A DNA stretch of 64,000 bases from Candidatus Omnitrophota bacterium. GTDB lineage: Bacteria > Omnitrophota > Gorgyraeia > Gygaellales > Profunditerraquicolaceae. This document shows, piece after piece, positions 57,201-64,000 of the stretch. The notes under the pieces are model-generated. The model searched no databases. It was not told where the DNA came from and saw only the letters and a list, made by a program, of their open reading frames with translations. Every line of letters starts with the position of its first letter. Within the stretch, counting starts at the first letter, position 1. The translations under genes were made by a program, and so were the position numbers. The stretch lies in NCBI GenBank assembly GCA_043823435.1, contig JBDRAV010000002.1, forward strand, positions 61,755 through 125,754, in the 5' to 3' direction.

Positions 57201-59018
57201 ATGAATATTTTAGGCATATCTTCTTTTTATCATGATAGCGCGGCGTGCCTGGTAAGGGATGGCGACATCGTTGCCGCGGCGCAGGAGGAGCGGTTTACCC
57301 GCAAGAAACATGATTTTAATTTCCCTCTCAATTCCATAAACTGGTGCCTTGAGGCCGCAGGAATCATACCGCAGGAACTTGATTATGTCATCTTCTATGA
57401 TAAGCCTTTTATTAAATTCGAAAGAATCCTGGAAACTGCCCTTACTTATGCCCCTTCGGGCGTGCGGCAATTTATCCAGGCGATGCCGCTATGGTTGAAA
57501 CAAAAGCTCTGGATCCCCGAGTTGATAAGAAAGGACCTGCATTATAAGGGCAGGATATTATTCTGCGGCCATCACGAATCACACGCTGCCAGTGCATTTT
57601 ATCCTTCGCCTTTCAAGAGTGCTGCATTTCTGACTATGGACGGCGTGGGGGAGTGGGATACAGCCAGCTTCGGGATAGGAGAGGGAAACGACATTGAAAT
57701 TCTACAGACTTTGAGGTTTCCACATTCTCTGGGCCTTTTGTATTCCACTTTTACGTATTACACTGGCTTTAAAGTAAATTCCGGGGAGTATAAATTAATG
57801 GGCCTGGCCCCGTACGGTGAGCCGAAATACGCAGGGCCGATTCTTGATGAATTAATAGATCTTAAGGAAGACGGTTCATTTAAATTAAATATGAAATTTT
57901 TCGGTTACTGTGACGGACTTAAGATGACTAACCGCAGATTTGAAAAGTTATTCGGCGGTCCGGCCAGGAAGCCGGAAACAAAAATAACAAAAAAGGATAT
58001 GGATATTGCGGCCTCGATACAGAAGGTAGCCGAAGAGGTCATACTGCGTATGGTAAGGCATGTGCATAAAGTTACAGGTAAGAGCAGCCTTTGCCTTGCG
58101 GGCGGAGTAGCTTTGAACTGCGTGGGTAACGGCCGTATTTTACGGGAAGGCCCGTTTAAAAATATATGGATCCAGCCGGCCAGCGGCGATGCAGGGGCGG
58201 CATTGGGTGCTGCGCTTCTGGTCTGGTATAGGTATTTAGGGAATAGGCGTTATAGCGACGATAAGAAAGATAGCCAGAAAGCATCTCTACTGGGGCCCGC
58301 GTACACAGACGCAGATATAGAGGATTTTCTGGTAAAAGAAAAAGTCCCTTATAAGAAGCTTGAGTATTCAGATATCCCTGAAAGAGTGGCGGAGCTGATC
58401 GCTCAGGGCAATGTAATCGGGTGGTTTCAGGGGCGCCTTGAGTTTGGCCCGAGGGCGCTGGGGGCAAGGAGCATAATCGCAGATGCCAGAAGCCCCCAAA
58501 TGCAGTCCAGGATGAACCTGAAAATAAAATACCGGGAGTCTTTCCGGCCCTTTGCCCCTACGGTCTTAAGCGAAAAGGCTTCGGAGTGGTTTGAAATAAC
58601 ACCGGAAAGCCCCTATATGCTTCTGGTTGCTGCGGTAAGAGAAGATAAAAGAGCGGATCCCGGGGTAGGGGAAAGCGGATTATCGGGATTTGACAAACTG
58701 AAAGTAATACGTTCGCAAATACCGGCAGTAACTCACGTCGATAATTCAGCCAGGATACAGACGATTAAAAGAGAAGACAATCCTTTATATTATGATATGA
58801 TAAGTGCGTTTTACAAGAAAACGGCTTGTCCGGTTATAATAAATACATCTTTTAACGTAAGAGGGGAACCTCTTGTATGTAGCCCCGAGGACGCATTCAA
58901 GTGTTTTATAAGGACAGGAATGGATTATCTGATCATGGGCCCTTTTCTGCTGGATAAGAAAGGGCAAAAGCCGCTTGAGAAAGACATAAAATGGCAGGAG
59001 GTTTTTGAGTTGGATTAA
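57201..59018 (+). CDS. O-carbamoyltransferase (NodU/CmcH/SxtI family)
   Basis: YHDSAA, EERF, HHESHAASAF, GEYKLMGLA, EFGPRALG and NTSFNVRGEP. Confidence 0.95.
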   Translation: MNILGISSFYHDSAACLVRDGDIVAAAQEERFTRKKHDFNFPLNSINWCLEAAGIIPQELDYVIFYDKPFIKFERILETALTYAPSGVRQFIQAMPLWLKQKLWIPELIRKDLHYKGRILFCGHHESHAASAFYPSPFKSAAFLTMDGVGEWDTASFGIGEGNDIEILQTLRFPHSLGLLYSTFTYYTGFKVNSGEYKLMGLAPYGEPKYAGPILDELIDLKEDGSFKLNMKFFGYCDGLKMTNRRFEKLFGGPARKPETKITKKDMDIAASIQKVAEEVILRMVRHVHKVTGKSSLCLAGGVALNCVGNGRILREGPFKNIWIQPASGDAGAALGAALLVWYRYLGNRRYSDDKKDSQKASLLGPAYTDADIEDFLVKEKVPYKKLEYSDIPERVAELIAQGNVIGWFQGRLEFGPRALGARSIIADARSPQMQSRMNLKIKYRESFRPFAPTVLSEKASEWFEITPESPYMLLVAAVREDKRADPGVGESGLSGFDKLKVIRSQIPAVTHVDNSARIQTIKREDNPLYYDMISAFYKKTACPVIINTSFNVRGEPLVCSPEDAFKCFIRTGMDYLIMGPFLLDKKGQKPLEKDIKWQEVFELD

Positions 59019-59060
59019 AGTTCAGTAGTTAGTAGGTAGTAGATAGTAGATAGGGGTTAG
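59019..59060. repeat. Heptamer tandem array (TAGNTAG x6)
   Basis: agttcag tagttag taggtag tagatag tagatag gggttag. Confidence 0.75.
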
Positions 59061-59061
59061 G

Positions 59062-59463
59062 GTGGAAAAACTAAAATTAGATAAAGATAATCTAAGGAAA
59101 TTCGGAATCATTATGGGTATTGCGTTTATGGTGATAACCGTGATTATACTTATCAGGCACAAGCATAATCTAATACCTACGGCTATAGTTTCAGCAATAT
59201 TCTTGATATCGGCTTTTACCGCGCCGCTATTATTGAAACCAGTTTATTTAGGATGGATGAGATTTGCGTTTATATTGAGTTGGATTAATACAAGGGTAAT
59301 CTTGTTTATTATGTTTTATTTAATTTTTGCACCCGTAGGCATTATAATGCGTATTTTAAGGATAGATCTTTTGAGAAGGAAGATAGATAAAGATAAAGAT
59401 TCTTACTGGCAGGATGCCGATAAGAAGCCTTTTAACAGGGCGGATTACGACAGGCAGTTTTAG
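59062..59463 (+). CDS. SxtJ-family membrane protein
   Basis: LRKFG, LKP...WM..., SYW and terminal QF. Confidence 0.82.
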   Translation: MEKLKLDKDNLRKFGIIMGIAFMVITVIILIRHKHNLIPTAIVSAIFLISAFTAPLLLKPVYLGWMRFAFILSWINTRVILFIMFYLIFAPVGIIMRILRIDLLRRKIDKDKDSYWQDADKKPFNRADYDRQF

Positions 59464-59476
59464 AGGAGGGGACGCG

Positions 59477-59635
59477 ATGAGCAAATTTACGATTATAAGG
59501 GAATTCTGGGATTTCTTGAAGGTAAGGAAAAAATGGTGGCTGGCCCCTATAGTCATCATGCTTTTATTATTAGGGATGCTTATTTTTTTCACACAGTCAT
59601 CCGCGGTTGCACCTTTTATTTACACCCTTTTTTAG
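59477..59635 (+). CDS. DUF5989 / SxtK-like small membrane protein
   Basis: EFWDFLKVRKKWWLAP...SAVAPFIYTLF; SD GGAGG before ATG 59477. Confidence 0.88.
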   Translation: MSKFTIIREFWDFLKVRKKWWLAPIVIMLLLLGMLIFFTQSSAVAPFIYTLF

Positions 59636-59662
59636 AAAATTCTGAAAGGATGGTAAAGCGAG

Positions 59663-60445
59663 ATGAGAAAGAGAAGGGTCTTCCCGGTTTTCTTATTCCT
59701 TTTGTTTATTGTCGTTATATTTGCCGTTAAGCAGATAAATGATAATAATCCGCTGGTTATCATCAGGCATAATGGCCTGGGAGATAAATTATCAAACGAC
59801 GGTAATGACCTTACTTTTTTGGTAAGTTATATGGGATTGATTCCTGCAGGTGAGGCGAGATTGGAGAATAGGGGTGAGGAGCTCTACCAGGGTAAACAGG
59901 TATACCATTTATCCGCGCAGGCCTACCTTTCGGGATTCTACTCCAAGTTTTTTGACCTCCGGGCACAGATAGACTCTTATCTAGACAAAAAGGGATTGTA
60001 TTCTTTGAAATTTACGCAGAGACTTATTGTCCCCAATAAGCCGGATGATGAAAAGGAAGTCCTATATGACCAGGCGCAGAATTTTATGGAATTAAGAGGG
60101 GTAAAAAGGAAGATACTCCCCGCAACGCAGGATCCGCTTTCGGCAATATTTTATATCCGGAATCAGGATCTAAAAATAGGGAAAATATTCGATATAAATA
60201 TAAACACAAACCAGAAAAACTATCAGTTTTACGCCGAAGTTATCGCAAGGCAAGAATACACGCTGGCATCCGGAAAGATAGGCGTATGGATATTGAAGGG
60301 GAGCGTGCACAGGCGAGATAAGAATATTTACCATAAGACCGCGCTGAAATTATGGCTTTTGGATAATCCTTCTAAGATACCGGTCCTGGTGAAGGCCATG
60401 ACCAACGGGGGGCAGATCACCTCCAGGCTTAGTGCCACTGAATGA
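59663..60445 (+). CDS. DUF3108-like exported protein
   Basis: Signal/TM, 'YMGLIPAGEA', 'QDPLSAIFYIR' and 'LWL...IPV'. Confidence 0.6.
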   Translation: MRKRRVFPVFLFLLFIVVIFAVKQINDNNPLVIIRHNGLGDKLSNDGNDLTFLVSYMGLIPAGEARLENRGEELYQGKQVYHLSAQAYLSGFYSKFFDLRAQIDSYLDKKGLYSLKFTQRLIVPNKPDDEKEVLYDQAQNFMELRGVKRKILPATQDPLSAIFYIRNQDLKIGKIFDININTNQKNYQFYAEVIARQEYTLASGKIGVWILKGSVHRRDKNIYHKTALKLWLLDNPSKIPVLVKAMTNGGQITSRLSATE

Positions 60446-60447
60446 GC

Positions 60448-60562
60448 TGATACGTTCGGCGGCGTCCAAACTCCGCCCTTTAGGGCGGAGTAAGTATGCG
60501 CCGCTCTCAGTATCACCCTAAAGCAGACCCCGGACTTTAGGCCGGGGAAGCAGGAGGGTTGA
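60448..60562. mobile_element. Composite palindromic miniature element with IS200/IS605-like end hairpins
   Basis: TGATAC...GCGGCG...ACTCCGCCC-TTTA-GGGCGGAGT...CGCCGC...GTATCA, then CCCCGGAC-TTTA-GGCCGGGG; no ORF. Confidence 0.6.
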
Positions 60563-60569
60563 TTTAAAG

Positions 60570-61292
60570 ATGATAAATATAGCCGATACAGGAGAAAGGA
60601 TACTCCCCGAGAAAGAATCTCCGTTGATGACGGCGAGGCACTTGTGCGCCTACAAATTCGCCAGGGACCTCCTCGCAGGTAAAGGGGTATTGGATATAGG
60701 TTGCGGCGAAGGTTACGGCAGCTATTATTTAAGCGGGTCTTCCAAAGAGGTAACGGCCATAGACTACAACCAGGAAATAATAGATCACGCGAAGAATAAA
60801 TATATTGCGAACAACCTGGAATTTTACAGTTTAGATATAAAAGATCTATGTTCCCTGAAAGGCAAATTCGATGCAATATGTTCTTTTCAGGTCATAGAGC
60901 ACCTGCAAGATACGCAGGGGTTCCTGAAGAATATAAAGCTTCTTTTGAATCCCGCAGGCATTTTTATCTGTTCAACCCCGAACATGCTGGATGCCTCACA
61001 AAACAGCGTTAGGCCCCTGAACAGGTTTCATGTCAGGGAGTATCTGTTTGATGAATTCAGGCAATTGCTAGGAGTACATTTTAAGAGAATAGAAATATCG
61101 GGTTTAAAAAAAGGGGCCAGGCTTAATGTGTACAGGATGCTTAAGAAGTCGGGGCTCTTTAATTTTTTGCCTGACCCGATAAACCCCGTAAAGAAATTCT
61201 ACCAGAAGATAGATTGCGGTAATTTCATCATTGTTAAAAAAGGCCTGGATACGGCCCTGGATTTTATCGCAGTATGCAGCGACCCGGTTTAA
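60570..61292 (+). CDS. Class I SAM-dependent methyltransferase
   Basis: TGER, H..AY, LDIGCGEGYG, FQVIEH, STPN and FHVREY. Confidence 0.88.
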   Translation: MINIADTGERILPEKESPLMTARHLCAYKFARDLLAGKGVLDIGCGEGYGSYYLSGSSKEVTAIDYNQEIIDHAKNKYIANNLEFYSLDIKDLCSLKGKFDAICSFQVIEHLQDTQGFLKNIKLLLNPAGIFICSTPNMLDASQNSVRPLNRFHVREYLFDEFRQLLGVHFKRIEISGLKKGARLNVYRMLKKSGLFNFLPDPINPVKKFYQKIDCGNFIIVKKGLDTALDFIAVCSDPV

Positions 61293-61293
61293 T

Positions 61294-63348
61294 ATGGATA
61301 TAATCGTTTTCTTATTCATGAATTGCATTGTAGCTGCCAGTTCATTTATCTTTGTCTATAAGCTGTTTAAGGTATCCGATTTCACCGATTCACTGATCTG
61401 CTGGTTTATTATTTATTTTGCCCAGATCGTATCCACGGAACTCTTACTCGGTGCCTTCGGAGTACTCTATTTAAAAAACATCATTCTGCTGAATTTAAGC
61501 ATACTGTTGGCTATCTGGTACGGGACCAGAAAGTATCCCTCGGCCTTTGATTTAAGCCCGGCTAGAAGTATCATATCGGGGATACTCAACAGCAGAATAA
61601 TGCTTTTTATCGCATGCGTAATCCTCTCCTTCGCGGCAGTGAAGGTCTTTATTAATCTCGTTAATCCGCCTTTCGGATGGGACAGCCTGAATTATCATTT
61701 TACGTTTCCCGTAGAATGGATGAAGCACGCGAACCTCAATAATCCCATTGTAATATCCGATGACCCTTCGCCGACTTATTATCCGATAGGCGGGAGCCTC
61801 TTTTATCTCTGGCTGATTTTTCCTCTTAAGAGCGTCTTCCTGGCGGATATAGGCCAGATACCGTTTTTTATCCTGGCCTTTCTCTCTGTTTATAGCATAT
61901 CCCTCAAGCTCGATTTAAGCGAAAGGTATTCTTTTTATGCCGCGGCCCTCTTTTGTATCATCCCCAATTTCTTCAAACAATTGCAGATCGCCTATCTTGA
62001 TGTCATGGTTGCGGCGTTGTTCCTCTCTTCTTTAAACTCTCTTTTCTTGTTAAGCCGGGAATTTTCATTCCGGAATATACTCTTTTTCAGCTTCAGCCTC
62101 GGTCTCTTCTTAAGCCTGAAGACAGTAGCTTTACCTTATTCAATTTTATTGTTTCTACCTTTTGTATTGGTCGCTCTTAAAAATTACCGCAGATTCTATT
62201 TATTCATAATCGCTGTTTTTGTAGTAATTGCTTTGGGCGGGTTTTCTTATATAAGGAATTTTATAGAGGCAGGGAATCCAATGTATCCTTTGAGTATGGT
62301 CCTGTTCGGAAATCCAGTTTTTAAAGGGGTTATAGATAGCAGTGTTTACAGGGTGCATTTTAAAACAGAAGATTACCGGATCGCAAAATTATTGTTTCAT
62401 GAAGGCATGGGCCTTCAGTCTCTTTTGTTTATCCTGCCCTCGGCATTCCTCGCCCTGCCGGTTGCCGTAGCAAAGAAGATAAAGAGGCTCACGCCATTAA
62501 CGGCATATTGCATGATTTTGCCCATCCTGATATACCTTATTTATCGCTACGTCATCCCGCTGCCAAATACCAGGTACCTGTATCCCCTTTTAGGCGTGGG
62601 GATGATTTCCGGGTTTTATCTCGCACGGGCCATGAATATCCCCGGAAAGATCGTAAATATCGCGGTCATTATATGCACTCTAAGTTCCATGGCAGAGCTT
62701 GCCAAGCGGCAGGAGCTGGTCGTTTCCATATTGTTGACCTTCATCTTGTTCCTTGTCTTTATTCTATTAATAAGGCGCAGGATATCCATAAGGATCCCTT
62801 TGGCGGCAGCGGCCCTTTCGGCCTGCCTGGTCATTTTGTTAGTATGCCTTAATAACGATTATATAAAGAATGAATACCCAAGATATACCAAGATGGTAAA
62901 ATATTCCGGTTTCTGGCCGGATGCTACCTATGCGTGGAATTGGTTGAACAGGAATACGCAAGGCGATAATATTGCTTATGTGGGAAGGCCGGTGCCTTTT
63001 CCGCTATACGGAACTAATTTCAAGAATAATGTTTATTATGTCTCCGTAAACAGTACGGAACCGGTGAAATTGCATTATTTCCCCGGTAGCAGCTATAGCT
63101 GGGGATACGATTTCTTGAGCCTGCACCGTAACCTCAGGGCAAATGGTAACTACCGCGGAAATGTAGATTATTCTCTCTGGCTGAATAACCTTATTCAACG
63201 CGATACCGATTACCTGTTTGTTTACAGCCTGCATCAGACAAAAGACCTGGTATTCCCTGTTGAAGATAAATGGGCAAGGGCTGACCCCCTTAAATTCAGC
63301 CCTGTCTTTACAAATCAGAGTATACATATCTATAAGATAATCAGATGA
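61294..63348 (+). CDS. Large multi-TM membrane protein, GT-C-like
   Basis: WDSLNYH early loop motif, YYP and many transmembrane helices; start set at ATG 61294. Confidence 0.6.
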   Translation: MDIIVFLFMNCIVAASSFIFVYKLFKVSDFTDSLICWFIIYFAQIVSTELLLGAFGVLYLKNIILLNLSILLAIWYGTRKYPSAFDLSPARSIISGILNSRIMLFIACVILSFAAVKVFINLVNPPFGWDSLNYHFTFPVEWMKHANLNNPIVISDDPSPTYYPIGGSLFYLWLIFPLKSVFLADIGQIPFFILAFLSVYSISLKLDLSERYSFYAAALFCIIPNFFKQLQIAYLDVMVAALFLSSLNSLFLLSREFSFRNILFFSFSLGLFLSLKTVALPYSILLFLPFVLVALKNYRRFYLFIIAVFVVIALGGFSYIRNFIEAGNPMYPLSMVLFGNPVFKGVIDSSVYRVHFKTEDYRIAKLLFHEGMGLQSLLFILPSAFLALPVAVAKKIKRLTPLTAYCMILPILIYLIYRYVIPLPNTRYLYPLLGVGMISGFYLARAMNIPGKIVNIAVIICTLSSMAELAKRQELVVSILLTFILFLVFILLIRRRISIRIPLAAAALSACLVILLVCLNNDYIKNEYPRYTKMVKYSGFWPDATYAWNWLNRNTQGDNIAYVGRPVPFPLYGTNFKNNVYYVSVNSTEPVKLHYFPGSSYSWGYDFLSLHRNLRANGNYRGNVDYSLWLNNLIQRDTDYLFVYSLHQTKDLVFPVEDKWARADPLKFSPVFTNQSIHIYKIIR

Positions 63349-64000
63349 AGCTCACCATTCTCATACCCGCGCACAACGAACAGGATAATATAACGGACGT
63401 GATAAATAAAATAGAGGCTTCACTGGATATCCCGCATGAGTTAATAGTGGTTAACGACCACTCTACGGATGGTACGCCGGCATTAATCGACGAGGCCGCC
63501 CGCCGCTATTCCAATATCAGGCGGGTAGAGAATACCGGCGAAATAGGTTTTGCCAATGCCATCAAGACAGGTTTCGCCAATAATAATTCGGATGCGGTTG
63601 TCCCGGTAATGGCTGACCTTTGCGATGACCTGCTTACGATCAAGGATATGTTCAGGAAGATAAACGAAGGCTATGACGTTGTCTGCGGGGCAAGATATAT
63701 CAAGGGTGGTTCCCGTATAGGAGGCTCCAGGATAAAAGGGTTCTTCTCATGTTTTGTCGGTTGGACTATGCATTATCTGTCGGGGATCCCGGTGCATGAT
63801 GTAGCTAATGCCTTTAAGATGTACAGGAAGAGCGCTCTGGACAATATAGATATCCGGTCTAAGGGATTTGAAATATCCATGGAGTTGCCCCTTAAAGCCT
63901 ATTACCTGGGCCTTAAGATTGGTGAAGTCCCTACGGTGTGGAGAGAGAGGACTAAAGGAAAATCAAATTTCAACATGTTTAAATTGCTCCCCGGATACTT
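63345..64000 (+). CDS. Glycosyltransferase family 2 (partial, runs off the window)
   Basis: MKLTILIPAHNEQDNI...VVNDHSTDGT...MADLCDD; absent from the ORF track because there is no stop in the window. Confidence 0.88.
   Translation, partial: MKLTILIPAHNEQDNITDVINKIEASLDIPHELIVVNDHSTDGTPALIDEAARRYSNIRRVENTGEIGFANAIKTGFANNNSDAVVPVMADLCDDLLTIKDMFRKINEGYDVVCGARYIKGGSRIGGSRIKGFFSCFVGWTMHYLSGIPVHDVANAFKMYRKSALDNIDIRSKGFEISMELPLKAYYLGLKIGEVPTVWRERTKGKSNFNMFKLLPGY

Noticed and set aside
57201-59635. Saxitoxin biosynthesis
   Set aside because: No sxtA, sxtG or other core genes are present; the context is glycan biosynthesis.
60328-60876. 182-aa minus-strand ORF spanning the palindromic element, as a possible transposase
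   Set aside because: It has no HUH/Y1 or RuvC motifs and overlaps two good + strand genes.
173-63327. Numerous minus-strand ORFs and short alternative-frame plus-strand ORFs in the ORF track
   Set aside because: They are shadows of well-supported + strand genes and carry no recognisable motifs.
1-64000. tRNA, rRNA, tmRNA, RNase P, T-box, integrase or prophage
   Set aside because: No recognisable signatures were found by eye.

Overview
This is a bacterial chromosomal segment in which every credible gene lies on the + strand. Gene style suggests Candidatus Omnitrophota or a related PVC lineage (inference only). Positions 1-29.2 kb are housekeeping: end of dnaK, dnaJ, accD, a sugar ABC ATPase, two tandem diguanylate cyclases, ROK kinase, transaldolase, lptD, UDP-sugar enzymes, a type IV pilin behind a c-di-GMP-I riboswitch, RNase E/G, rplU-obgE-proBA-nadD-rpe-pgm-plsC-rpsA and tyrS. 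Positions 29.2-64 kb are a large, heavily tailored surface-glycan locus. The main observations are: (1) at least five families of short palindromic or heptamer repeats with no transposase in the window, including tandem-GA hairpins with compensatory changes (one sits between the accD Shine-Dalgarno and its ATG) and GGGACTGTCCC elements inserted in-frame into proteins; (2) an unusual glycan-modification module (Sat without APS kinase, two Thr-nucleophile alkaline-phosphatase-superfamily enzymes, a small RHH protein, and a lid-less pyruvate-kinase/nucleotidyltransferase fusion); (3) a riboswitch with a visible antiterminator plus two candidate structured RNAs; (4) two 1-bp frameshifts, an ispH remnant and no rpmA at its usual site. 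All calls come from reading the sequence by eye; no searches or folding programs were run.
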